A DNA stretch of 61,134 nt from Candidatus Micrarchaeota archaeon (GCA_040754495.1 JBFMCO010000046.1:1-61134), one strand, 5' to 3'. Shown: positions 37,488-47,045, counted from the stretch's first letter. The notes: generated by a model from the letters alone, not told the origin. A program made the numbers and translations.

Positions 37488-37502
37488 GGAGGCAGACACG
37501 GG

Positions 37503-37550
37503 CGGTTTCCAGTCTCCCGTTTCCGGTTCGGGTTGCCCGTTTGCGGTTTT
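37503..37550. repeat. Degenerate 7-bp tandem array, about 7 units (T-rich orientation)
   Basis: CGGTTTC CAGTCTC CCGTTTC CGGTTC GGGTTGC CCGTTTG CGGTTTT. Confidence 0.8.
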
Positions 37551-37618
37551 CGTCGTCTGCCGAATCCTGTTCCAGAGATTTATATTCTTTCCCTGCGATT
37601 GTCTTCCGAGGTGGATGG

Positions 37619-38503
37619 ATGTTCGTAGCAGTATTGTCCGACAAGCCTGAGCTTCGCGAGGCGTTCTGCAAGTCCCTCGGCAAAGGGGAATCGGCCGGAG
37701 AGCTGGCCGTCTACACTGCGGAGCATGAAGGGAAGCGCATAACGCTCATAGACCCGGTCCAATACCCGGAGAAGGTCCAGCCTTTTCTCTACTCTCTCTC
37801 CATGGCCGATTACGTCGTGCTTTTGGTTGATGCGCTCACGCCGAAAATCGGGGAGATAATCGTGGCGGTGAATTCGCTCAAGCTTGATCGGGGCGTAATC
37901 GTCTCGAAATCGCCGCTTCCGCTTGCCGGCACGACGCTCGACAAATTCGACAAGGTGGCGGATAGCGAGGCTGCGAAAGGCAGGGTGCTGTCATTCCAGC
38001 GGGGCGAGCCCGGAGAGGCAGTGCTTGCGCTTGTCGACCGCACGGAGAACGTAAAAAGCATGGGCAATGTCGCCCACTGCGTCCTCAGGTCCGGAAAATT
38101 GAAGAAGTCGGACAAGGTGTTCCTGCTCCCGGAGAAGAAGGACGTCGAGGCCCGCAGCCTCATGCTGGATGGGAGCGAGGTCGAGGAGGTCTCCGCAGGC
38201 GCGCGCTTCTCGATGGCATACAAGGGCGAGCAGTTCGAGCGGGGCATAATCGTCCCCCTGCGCCACGAGCACGAGGTCGGCAACGTAGTAAATGGCCGAT
38301 TTCTCAGGAGCCCGTTCTTCAAGGACGAATTGAAGGGGAAAATCCACGCTTATGCCAACATGCAGTTCGTGGAGGGCCATCTTTCAGAGAACGACCTGAC
38401 GCTGAGCCAGCCGATTGCCTACGAGAAGGGCGAGCTCATCCTTGTCGTGGATGCCAGCAACCAGAAGCTCAGGATTGCGGGTGCGTTCCAGAGCAAGTGG
38501 TGA
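37619..38503 (+). CDS. EF-Tu/SelB-like protein with degenerate G domain
   Basis: The G-domain, beta-barrel, beta-barrel order is recognisable (ITLIDPVQYPEK, TPKIGEII, GNVAHCVLRSG.LK..DKV, ARSL, LRIAGAF). There is no canonical GxxxxGKS/T. Confidence 0.7.
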   Translation: MFVAVLSDKPELREAFCKSLGKGESAGELAVYTAEHEGKRITLIDPVQYPEKVQPFLYSLSMADYVVLLVDALTPKIGEIIVAVNSLKLDRGVIVSKSPLPLAGTTLDKFDKVADSEAAKGRVLSFQRGEPGEAVLALVDRTENVKSMGNVAHCVLRSGKLKKSDKVFLLPEKKDVEARSLMLDGSEVEEVSAGARFSMAYKGEQFERGIIVPLRHEHEVGNVVNGRFLRSPFFKDELKGKIHAYANMQFVEGHLSENDLTLSQPIAYEKGELILVVDASNQKLRIAGAFQSKW

Positions 38504-38513
38504 GTTGCGGGCG

Positions 38514-38541
38514 GAAACCGAAAACTGGAAACCGGAAACCC
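38514..38541. repeat. Degenerate 7-bp tandem array, 4 units
   Basis: GAAACCG AAAACTG GAAACCG GAAACCC. Confidence 0.8.
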
Positions 38542-38611
38542 CCCCGGCCCCACCGATACCACATCAGCAGTATTATAAACTCCGCCATGCCCTATAATAT
38601 TCTGATTCTTC

Positions 38612-39691
38612 ATGGGCAAAGACTTGCGAGCAGCATTAGTGTTGAAAGACGGCACCGTGCTGCAGGGCCTCGGTTTCGGCGCAAAGGCCGAGACGATGGG
38701 CGAGCTGGTCTTCAACACGTCCATGACGGGCTACCAGGAGGCCCTCACCGACCCGAGCTACGGCGGGCAGATCCTGCTCATGACCTACCCGCTTGTCGGC
38801 AATTACGGCACGAACGACAATGACCGGGAGAGCGGCAGAATCCACGCCTCGGGTTTCGTAATCCGGGAGCTGAGCGAGGATGCAGAGCACCGGGACTCGA
38901 AGCGCACGCTTGATTCCTTCCTGAAGGAGCACGGGATTCCGGGTATATCCGGCATAGACACCCGCTACGTCGTGAGGCGCATCCGCGACAAGGGGGTGAT
39001 GCCTGCGATTCTCGCGGTCTCGGACCGCGAAGCAGACCTCAACCCGAAAAAGCTGCTCGAGCGCCTGGCATTCGACTACTCGGCGATTGATTTCGTCTCG
39101 AAAGTAACTACGAAAGAGCCGAAGGTCTTCGGGAAGGGTGGAAAAAGAAAGCGCGTCGCGCTGATAGACTACGGCGTCAAGATGGGCATCGTCCGCCGCC
39201 TCGTGGCGCTCGGATGCGAGGTGCACCTGCTCCCGAGCTTCAGCACCTCTAAAGACGTCAAGGCAATCGAGCCGGACGGAATCCTGCTCTCGAACGGGCC
39301 GGGCGACCCGGCGATTCTCACGGGCGCGCACAAGGCTATACGCGAGCTTGAAGGCTACCGGCCGATTTTCGGCGTGTGCCTCGGGCACCAGCTCCTTGCC
39401 CACGCGTTCGGGGGCGGCACCTACAAGCTGAAGTTCGGCCACAGGGGCTCGAACCACGCGGTGATGGAGCTCAACACGAAAAAGATTGCGATAACCACCC
39501 AGAACCACGGGTTCGCGGTCGGGAAGATGCCAAAGGGATTCGAGCTGACGCATGTCAACGTCAACGACAGGAGCGTGGAGGGGATGAGCAGCGAAACAAA
39601 GCGGATATTCAGCGTCCAGTACCACCCCGAGGCGTCGCCAGGGCCGCACGATTCGTTCGGCCTGTTCGACAGGTTCATGAAAATGATGTGA
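38612..39691 (+). CDS. carA: Carbamoyl-phosphate synthase small subunit
   Basis: VFNTSMTGYQE, DPSYGGQ, GIDTR, SNGPGDP, GVCLGHQ and QYHPEASPGP. Confidence 0.97.
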   Translation: MGKDLRAALVLKDGTVLQGLGFGAKAETMGELVFNTSMTGYQEALTDPSYGGQILLMTYPLVGNYGTNDNDRESGRIHASGFVIRELSEDAEHRDSKRTLDSFLKEHGIPGISGIDTRYVVRRIRDKGVMPAILAVSDREADLNPKKLLERLAFDYSAIDFVSKVTTKEPKVFGKGGKRKRVALIDYGVKMGIVRRLVALGCEVHLLPSFSTSKDVKAIEPDGILLSNGPGDPAILTGAHKAIRELEGYRPIFGVCLGHQLLAHAFGGGTYKLKFGHRGSNHAVMELNTKKIAITTQNHGFAVGKMPKGFELTHVNVNDRSVEGMSSETKRIFSVQYHPEASPGPHDSFGLFDRFMKMM

Positions 39692-39701
39692 GAGTGATTT
39701 T

Positions 39702-40226
39702 ATGGCAGACATGAGCGAGGAGGAAGTTGTGAAGAAGGCCAACGAGGATGCGAACAACGTGAAATGCAGCTTCTGCGGCAACGAGGCTTACTGCGAGCCG
39801 TGCAAGAACGAGCCGGCGAAGATGGCGGGATTCGAGCACATGTGCTTTGAGTGCCACCAGCGCATGGGGCAGGTGCCCGAGAACGTGCGCGACAAGACGC
39901 ACCTGTGCATCCCGCCGGAGAAGCTGCAGGAGAACTTCGAGCGGTTCATGAACGACGTCACGCAGCGCGCTTTCGACGACCTCTGGAACGCGGAGAAGAA
40001 GAAGCTGAAGGAGATGTCGAGGCAGGAGCTTGCGCAGGCGTCGTTCTTCGAGGGCGCGAGCTTCATGTTCCACCTGATGCAGCGGATGTCCCAGCAGCCG
40101 GCAGCCGGTCCCCAGCCTCCGGTTTCGGGCAACCGGGAGCCGGAGACCGGAGAAACGAAGCCTGGGAACAGTCCACCGCGAGCCGAAGGCGAGCGCAGTG
40201 AACAAAAACGGGAAACCGCGGAGTGA
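39702..40226 (+). CDS. Hypothetical protein with CxxC/CxxC/CxxC cluster and a heptamer-encoded C-terminal tail
   Basis: CSFC...CEPC...CFECH; inserted between carA and carB; codon style is host-like. Confidence 0.7.
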   Translation: MADMSEEEVVKKANEDANNVKCSFCGNEAYCEPCKNEPAKMAGFEHMCFECHQRMGQVPENVRDKTHLCIPPEKLQENFERFMNDVTQRAFDDLWNAEKKKLKEMSRQELAQASFFEGASFMFHLMQRMSQQPAAGPQPPVSGNREPETGETKPGNSPPRAEGERSEQKRETAE

Positions 40227-43200
40227 AGCAGAAGTGAAAGACAAACCGAAGAAAGTCCTCGTCATCGGCTCGGGGCCGATAGTGATAGGCCAGTCCGCGG
40301 AGTTCGACTACTCCGGCGCGCAGGCATGCCGGGCGCTGCGCGAGGAGGGGATAACCGTGGTGCTTGCCAACTCGAACCCGGCCACCATCCAGACCGACAA
40401 GGACACCGCGGACATCGTCTATATCGAGCCCCTCACCGTCCCTGTGCTCGAGAAAATCATAGAGCGGGAGAAGCCGCAGGGCATCATCGCGACAATGGGC
40501 GGCCAGACTGCCCTGAACCTCGCGATGGAGCTCCACCGCAAGGGCATCCTCGCGAAGCACGGCGTGAGCTTCCTCGGGACCGGCGCGGAGGCGATAGACG
40601 CTGCCGAATCCAGGGAGCGCTTCAACGGCCTCATGCGGAAGCTCGGCATGCCGATTCTTCCCGGCAAGGTCGTGAACGACGTCGAAAGCGGTGTGGGGGC
40701 GGCGCGGGAAATCGGCTACCCGGTTATCGTGCGCCCGTCATTCACCCTCGGTGGGACCGGAGGGGGCACGGTCTACGGCGAGGAGGAGCTGCGGAAGCTC
40801 CTTGAGCTGGCCCTGCGCCTGAGCATGACCGGCGAGGCGCTTGTAGAGAAAAGCGCCATCGGCTGGGGCGAGTTCGAATACGAGGTGGTGCGGGACTCCT
40901 TCGGGAACGCGCAAATCATCTGCAACATGGAGAACATCGACCCGATGGGCGTACATACCGGCGAAAGCATAGTCATCGCGCCGTCCCAGACGCTCAGCGA
41001 CGCGGACCACCAGGTTTTGCGCGATGCTGCCCTGAAAATCGCGGACGGCATAGGAATCGAGGGCGGATGCAACGTTCAGTTCGCAATGGACCAGGATAGC
41101 GGCAATTTCACGGTAATCGAGGTCAACCCCCGCCTCTCGCGCTCATCCGCGCTCGCATCCAAGGCGACCGGCTGCCCCATCGCCAGGGTCGCGACCAAAA
41201 TCGCGCTCGGCCATCCGCTCCCGGAGATAAGGAATGCCATAACCGGCACGTCGGCCGCGTTCGAGCCGGCGCTGGATTACGTCGTAGTCAAGATTCCCCG
41301 CTGGCCCTTCGACAAGTTCCCGAAGACCTCGCGGGTAATCGGGACCCAGATGAAGAGTACCGGCGAGGTCATGGCCATCGGCAGGACGTTCCAGGAAGCC
41401 CTGAACAAGGCAATCCGGAGCCTCGAGATAAGGCTCCCGAAGCAGATAAACCCGGACGAGCACCTGTTCCCTCCGACAGACCTGCGCGCCTTCGCCATCT
41501 TAGATGCCCTGAGGCGCGGCAGGGGCGTGGAGGAGCTGCACAAAATCACAAGGATACACCGCTGGTTCCTGCGCCGCATGGAGCGCATCGTCGCCCTTGA
41601 GAAGCGCATCGCTTCCTCGAAGATGACAAAGGAACTCATGCTGGAAGCAAAGCGGGCGGGATTCCCGGACGCGCAGATTGCCGCCCTCACGAAAAGCGAC
41701 GAGATGTCCGTGCGCAAGGCGCGCAAAGCCTTCGGCATCCTCCCCACCTACAAGATAGTGGATTCCTGCGCAGGGGAGTTCGAGGCCATCACGCCGTATT
41801 ATTATTCGACTTACGAGACCGAGAATGAAGCCGCCCCTCAGCCGGAAACACGAAACGCGGAACTGGGAACCGGAAGCGGGAAACCGGGAACCGCCGAAGG
41901 GGGGCCTGAGCCGCAGAAGAAAATCGTGGTCATCGGCTCGGGGCCAATCCGCATCGGGCAGGGCATAGAATTCGACTACTGCTGCTCGCATGCGGCATTC
42001 GCCCTCCGCGACATGGGTTACCGGAGCATCATGGTCAACAACAACCCCGAAACGGTCAGCACGGACTTCGATTCCAGCGACCGCCTGTATTTCGAGCCCC
42101 TGACATTCGAGGACGTCATGAACATCGTGGAAAACGAGTCTCCCGAAGGCGTGATTGTCCAGCTCGGCGGCCAGACGAGCCTGAATCTCGCGCACAAGCT
42201 CGCGGATGCAGGGGTGAGGATACTTGGCACCGGCATCGAGGGCATAGACATAGCCGAGAACCGCGAGCGCTTCAGGGAGCTTGCGACAAGGCTCGGCATA
42301 CCGCAGCCCGAGAATGGCACTGCAACGAGCGAGGAGCAGGCGCTGGATGCCGCCTCCAGAATCGGCTACCCCGTAGTAGTGAGGCCGAGCTACGTGATTG
42401 CCGGGCGCGCGATGGAAATCGTGCGCAGCGACGAGGAGCTGCGCCGCTACATGCACGAAGCCGTGGAAGTGAGCGGGAAGAGGCCGGTGCTCATAGACCG
42501 CTACATAGACAACGCCATAGAGTGCGAAGTGGACGCTGTGAGCGACGGGACCGAGGTGCTGATAGGCGGGCTTATGGAGCACATCGAGCCAGCGGGCGTG
42601 CATTCCGGGGATGCGAACATCGTCCTTCCATCCATGCGCCTGACGGAGGCCGAAAAGGCCACAATAACCGGTTACACCGGGAAAATCTCCCAGGCGCTCG
42701 GCGTGGTAGGCTTCGTGAACATCCAGTTCGTGGTCAAGGACAAGGTCTACATCCTGGAAGCCAACCCCCGCGCGAGCAGGACCGTTCCCTTCGTCAGCAA
42801 GGCAATAGACGTGCAGCTCACGAAGCTGGCGGTAGCATCGATGCTCGGAAAGAGGCTCCCCAAAGTCAGGACCGAGCTGGACCACTTCGCCGTGAAAAGC
42901 GTGGTCTTCCCGTTCCTCAAGCTCCTCGGAACGGACATAAAGCTCGGGCCTGAGATGCGCAGCACGGGCGAGACGATGGGCATAGGGCGGACCTTCGAGA
43001 TGGCCTACTACAAGGCCCTTCTCGCGGCAGGCATCCGCCTCGAGGACGGAAAGGAGCATTGCGCTTTCATCAGCCTGCGGGACGAGGACAAGAAGGAAAT
43101 GCCCAAGCTCGCCGAGCTGCTCCGGAAGCTGGAATTCAGGATATACGGAACCATGGGAACCGTGGGCTCGGTGCCGGGTGCCATCCCGATTCCAAAAATA

Positions 43201-43440
43201 GGGCAGGGGCATCCGGACGCCGTGGAGCTGATAGAGTCCGGCACGGTTACGCTGGTCATAAACACGCCGACAAGGGGCGGGGCGGCGCACACGGACGGAT
43301 TCCGGATACGGCGCTCATCCATCCTGAGCGGCATCCCATGCATCACCAACATAAGCACGGCGCAGGAGCTTCTCAAGGCCATGCTCGAATTAAGGAAGAA
43401 GGAGCTGGACATCAGGCGGGCGGACGAATACTCGAAATGA
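40198..43440 (+). CDS. carB: Carbamoyl-phosphate synthase large subunit
   Basis: VIGSGPIVIGQSAEFDYSG, NSNPATIQTD, HTGES, EVNPRLSRSS, a second half starting IGSGPIRIGQGIEFDY, EANPRASRT and an MGS domain. Confidence 0.97.
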   Translation: MNKNGKPRSEAEVKDKPKKVLVIGSGPIVIGQSAEFDYSGAQACRALREEGITVVLANSNPATIQTDKDTADIVYIEPLTVPVLEKIIEREKPQGIIATMGGQTALNLAMELHRKGILAKHGVSFLGTGAEAIDAAESRERFNGLMRKLGMPILPGKVVNDVESGVGAAREIGYPVIVRPSFTLGGTGGGTVYGEEELRKLLELALRLSMTGEALVEKSAIGWGEFEYEVVRDSFGNAQIICNMENIDPMGVHTGESIVIAPSQTLSDADHQVLRDAALKIADGIGIEGGCNVQFAMDQDSGNFTVIEVNPRLSRSSALASKATGCPIARVATKIALGHPLPEIRNAITGTSAAFEPALDYVVVKIPRWPFDKFPKTSRVIGTQMKSTGEVMAIGRTFQEALNKAIRSLEIRLPKQINPDEHLFPPTDLRAFAILDALRRGRGVEELHKITRIHRWFLRRMERIVALEKRIASSKMTKELMLEAKRAGFPDAQIAALTKSDEMSVRKARKAFGILPTYKIVDSCAGEFEAITPYYYSTYETENEAAPQPETRNAELGTGSGKPGTAEGGPEPQKKIVVIGSGPIRIGQGIEFDYCCSHAAFALRDMGYRSIMVNNNPETVSTDFDSSDRLYFEPLTFEDVMNIVENESPEGVIVQLGGQTSLNLAHKLADAGVRILGTGIEGIDIAENRERFRELATRLGIPQPENGTATSEEQALDAASRIGYPVVVRPSYVIAGRAMEIVRSDEELRRYMHEAVEVSGKRPVLIDRYIDNAIECEVDAVSDGTEVLIGGLMEHIEPAGVHSGDANIVLPSMRLTEAEKATITGYTGKISQALGVVGFVNIQFVVKDKVYILEANPRASRTVPFVSKAIDVQLTKLAVASMLGKRLPKVRTELDHFAVKSVVFPFLKLLGTDIKLGPEMRSTGETMGIGRTFEMAYYKALLAAGIRLEDGKEHCAFISLRDEDKKEMPKLAELLRKLEFRIYGTMGTVGSVPGAIPIPKIGQGHPDAVELIESGTVTLVINTPTRGGAAHTDGFRIRRSSILSGIPCITNISTAQELLKAMLELRKKELDIRRADEYSK

Positions 43441-43459
43441 GAGAAAATATTAACTTTAC

Positions 43460-44173
43460 ATGCCAAAGCCGCTTATGTTAGGCACAAGCAGAGTAATGGC
43501 AATCTCCATCGCGGCCCTCCTGTTTCTTTTGGGATGCACAGGAGTCAGCGAAGGCGACAAGTGTGTCGGTCAGACCGACATCACGATTAACGGCGTCACG
43601 AAAGTCTGCGTGAATGGCACGCTGACCGGCTCCTGCACCGTTAAGGGGCAGGTTTACTCGGAATCCACCGACTCGAGGATAGTCTGCGAGGGCGGCGTCT
43701 GGGTCAGCAAGGACAAGGAATCCGGAAGCCAGCCGGCAGGGACTGAAGGTCCGGGAACCGGACAGGCTGCGGAGGCCGAAGAGAAGTGCGCCGGAAAAGC
43801 ATTCGCGACAGCGAACGGCGTCACCTCTGCCTGCGTGGGCGGCGTGTGGACGACCGAATGCGCCAGCGAGGGCGAGGTCTACACCGTATCCGAGGCATTC
43901 CAGACCAAGGTCGTCTGCAAGGGCGGAATCTGGGTGGAGGAGGAGCTTGCGCCCGGGGAAAATGTGACCATCGCGCCCGAGGAACCCTCCGTCGGGGAGG
44001 AGCCCTGCATGGGCACGTCGTGGGAGTCTTCAGACAATATCACGAAGGCCTGCGTGGGCGGCGTGTGGACGACCGAATGCGCCAGCGAGGGCGAGGTGTA
44101 CGACGTTTCAGACTTCCTCGAAACAAAAATCGTGTGCGAGGGCGGCGTCTGGGTCAGCAAGGACCTGGGATAG
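43460..44173 (+). CDS. Secreted lipoprotein-like protein with three internal Cys-containing repeats
   Basis: LLGC signal. The unit C..(V/G)CVxG..T..C...G.VY......T..VCxGG.W occurs three times. Confidence 0.75.
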   Translation: MPKPLMLGTSRVMAISIAALLFLLGCTGVSEGDKCVGQTDITINGVTKVCVNGTLTGSCTVKGQVYSESTDSRIVCEGGVWVSKDKESGSQPAGTEGPGTGQAAEAEEKCAGKAFATANGVTSACVGGVWTTECASEGEVYTVSEAFQTKVVCKGGIWVEEELAPGENVTIAPEEPSVGEEPCMGTSWESSDNITKACVGGVWTTECASEGEVYDVSDFLETKIVCEGGVWVSKDLG

Positions 44174-44197
44174 CCCCCTTCACGTTTTTTCTTTTTT

Positions 44198-45352
44198 TCA
44201 TATCCTTATCCTGAACAGCAGCATCAGCGTCGGCAGTATTATGGAGCCCATGAGGTTCGTCCTCTCGACTCCGAGCCTGAGCGTCAGCAAGCCGAGGCCG
44301 GTCGATACTCCGAGCGCAAGCAGCCCCTCCGGCCCGTCTATCACGAAGGTCACTGCGGCAAGATAAACAGCGAGCACAATGTTTATTTTGGAGAAATCCG
44401 CCCCGGCCAGCCTTGCAACCGTTTTTCTCGCCGCGAAGGCGAGGATGGCGGCCGCCCCGAGGCTGAGCAGGAAAAGCAGGACAAGCACCGCCAGGTTCGA
44501 TGGGACGTCCGTGCTCTCGGAGAGCCATGCGGTCGCGCCAACCCTGCTTTTCCCTATGCTTGCAGACGTGGCGAGGGAGAAAACCGCCTGGCTGACCGAG
44601 ATTGAGCTGATGAGGGCGAGGTATCCTGCCGCCCCGGGCGGCATGAGAATCGTGGCGAAGGTGGCGACCTGGGAGGGCGAGCCAATGCCCGGGAGGAGGT
44701 CCGCAAGCATCCCGAGGGCGACTCCGGGCAGGACGAATGCGGCAAATCCACGCCCGGCACCGCATTCCCGCTGCTGCGGCACGTCCCCCTTCCTGTAGCT
44801 TATTATGGCCGCCATGGCGAACATACCTGAAAAAAGCGGAAGGTATGGGTCCTGCATCCCGCTTCCAAGGCAGAGCTGGCCGAGAATGCCGGCAAGGGCG
44901 AAGATAAGGGCCGAGAGGTGCGGCTTCCTGCTCCTTGCAAGCAGGAACAGCACCAGAGAGAGGAGGATGAGCCCGATATGGGGGCGGATTGCAGAGTAGG
45001 CGAGCGGGAAGAATTGGAGCGAAGGGATGAAAAGAAGCGCGGAAAGCGTGGCCGCAAGGAGGCACGAGAGCAGGACAATCCTGAGCGCGGCAGGCCCGAG
45101 GCCCATCCTCACCATGCGCTGGCCCGGGAGCACGGATGCCGCGGTGTCGGCCTCAGGGACTGAGAAGAATATCGAAGGGATGAAAGAGGCGACAAGGTGC
45201 GCCGGGTAGAGCGCTATTATCATGAAGGCCAGCGCCTCGCCGTCGTATCCGAGCGACGCGAGGATGGAAATGAGCGTGTTCGAGTGGAGGCCCGGAAGGA
45301 GGCCCCCGAAAAATCCCAGGATGAAGCCTGCCGCATAGTATTGTCCGCTCAT
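44198..45352 (-). CDS. Tripartite tricarboxylate transporter permease (TctA-like, archaeal short form)
   Basis: GGLLPGLHSN, FIPSIFFSVP, SVLPGQRM and LLPGIGS; very hydrophobic. Confidence 0.8.
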   Translation of the reverse strand: MSGQYYAAGFILGFFGGLLPGLHSNTLISILASLGYDGEALAFMIIALYPAHLVASFIPSIFFSVPEADTAASVLPGQRMVRMGLGPAALRIVLLSCLLAATLSALLFIPSLQFFPLAYSAIRPHIGLILLSLVLFLLARSRKPHLSALIFALAGILGQLCLGSGMQDPYLPLFSGMFAMAAIISYRKGDVPQQRECGAGRGFAAFVLPGVALGMLADLLPGIGSPSQVATFATILMPPGAAGYLALISSISVSQAVFSLATSASIGKSRVGATAWLSESTDVPSNLAVLVLLFLLSLGAAAILAFAARKTVARLAGADFSKINIVLAVYLAAVTFVIDGPEGLLALGVSTGLGLLTLRLGVERTNLMGSIILPTLMLLFRIRI

Positions 45353-45409
45353 TCTCCCCCGCGGAAAGCGGCGCGCCATGCTAAATAATCCTTTGCCCCG
45401 GCGGGCTGT

Positions 45410-46717
45410 TCATCCGATGGCTACGTTCTTCACCCTGATGTGCGGCCCCCCATCGCTCACGGGGACCTGCTGGGAGAACTTGCCGCACACGCCCGGGCTC
45501 GTCCCGAAGTCGTTGCCCACGCATTCGACATCAAGGAGCGTCTGCATGATATTGCCGGTAATGGTGGCGTCGCGCATGATGCGGCCCAATTCGCCGTTCT
45601 TTATCTCGTAGGCCTCCTCGGCCTTGAACATGAACCCCCCTGAGAATATGTCCACGCTGCCCCCCTTCATGCCCTTAAGGTAGATGCCGGATGATATGTC
45701 GAACACATCCCCTTCGGAAGAGCCGCCCTTCTGGAAATACGTGTTGCTCATCCTCACGATGGGGACCGTGCCGTAATCCTCGGCCCGGGCATGGCCGTTC
45801 TGGGCAAGCCCCAGCTCCTTGGCCGTCTCCATGGAATGCAGGTAGCCCTTCAGCACACCATTCTCCACGAGAGGGACGGCCCTCGCCTCCACGCCCTCGT
45901 CGTCGAAAGAGTAATGCCCGAAATCCGGCGCGGACGGGTCGTCGATTATCGTCACGAGCTCGTTGCCGATTCTTTTGCCGAGCTTGTCTGCCAGGATGGA
46001 TTCGCGGTCCACGACGGAATCGGCCTCGCACGCGTGGCCCACGGCCTCGTGGGAGAACACGCCGGTCATCTCCGGGTCGAAGATGGCGGTGAACCTGCCT
46101 TTGGGCGGCGGGGCCGCATCGAGCAGCCGCAGCGCCTTGTCCCTCGCCCTGATTGCGGTCTCTGCGGTTTTTATCCCTCCGAATCCGCTCTTCGACCAGT
46201 TGCGCTCGGAGCCGCGCTGGATGATGTCACCGGAGCGGGCTATGCACGCGCAGGAGAGGTACGTATAACCGCTCTCCTGTATTATCTCCGCCCCGGCCGA
46301 GTTGTAGAACTCCTTCCGGATAAGCGAATCGGTGCATGAGAGTATCCTTGACGACACCCTGTCCGCGCGCATCGCCGCCGCGGCCTCGATGAGGGATTTC
46401 ACCTGGAGCTCGGCCTCGACCGGCTCGACCTTGTCCCTTACCTCCTTCTTCAGGGCCTGCGGCTCGATTTTTATGCCCCCCTTCCCGATGCGGGCGAGCC
46501 TCTCCGCGCCTTTCAGCAGCTCGTCCACGCTCCTCCTTCCGCTGGTGCAGGAGGCGAAGCCCCAGGAGCCGTCGATGAGCACCCTGACGCCAATGCCTTC
46601 CGAGGAGCCTGATGAATGCCTGACCTCGTCGTCCTTGATGCTGATGAAGGATTCGCCGCTGCGCTCTATGCGCAGCTCGGCATAATCGTACCTCGAGAGG
46701 GCCTTTTCATACTCCAT
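45410..46717 (-). CDS. TldD/PmbA family metalloprotease
   Basis: GIGVRVLIDGSWGFA, HEAVGHACEAD (HExxxH), FDDEGV, GHARA, RMSNTY and GVCGKFSQQVPVSDGGP. Confidence 0.92.
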   Translation of the reverse strand: MEYEKALSRYDYAELRIERSGESFISIKDDEVRHSSGSSEGIGVRVLIDGSWGFASCTSGRRSVDELLKGAERLARIGKGGIKIEPQALKKEVRDKVEPVEAELQVKSLIEAAAAMRADRVSSRILSCTDSLIRKEFYNSAGAEIIQESGYTYLSCACIARSGDIIQRGSERNWSKSGFGGIKTAETAIRARDKALRLLDAAPPPKGRFTAIFDPEMTGVFSHEAVGHACEADSVVDRESILADKLGKRIGNELVTIIDDPSAPDFGHYSFDDEGVEARAVPLVENGVLKGYLHSMETAKELGLAQNGHARAEDYGTVPIVRMSNTYFQKGGSSEGDVFDISSGIYLKGMKGGSVDIFSGGFMFKAEEAYEIKNGELGRIMRDATITGNIMQTLLDVECVGNDFGTSPGVCGKFSQQVPVSDGGPHIRVKNVAIG

Positions 46718-46721
46718 AAAA

Positions 46722-47045
46722 TCAGACGTAAGCCTTGGCCTTCTGGGCGTACTCGGCCACCATCTTCTTCTCCTCGCGGTCCTTGATAAGCCCGCAGAAG
46801 ACGTGGTTCTTGATGGGCACCATGACGAGCAGCAGGCCGTCGAAGGAAATCTCGACCTCGTTCTGCGAGTCGTCCATCCTCTTCATAAGGGCGTCCGACA
46901 TGTTCGCGACAGAGGCGAGCAGTCCGGCGCTGAGGTCGTTCAGGGCTATCGTGGACGCGACGGCCACGCCGTCGGAGCGGACCACCGCGCCCCCGATGCC
47001 CTTCCCTTTCATCTCGTTCAGTATCGCTTCAAGCTCACCAGCCAT
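46722..47045 (-). CDS. Roadblock/LC7 domain protein
   Basis: 107 aa with a helix, then GGAVVRSDGVAVAS, a helix, beta strands and a terminal helix. Confidence 0.75.
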   Translation of the reverse strand: MAGELEAILNEMKGKGIGGAVVRSDGVAVASTIALNDLSAGLLASVANMSDALMKRMDDSQNEVEISFDGLLLVMVPIKNHVFCGLIKDREEKKMVAEYAQKAKAYV

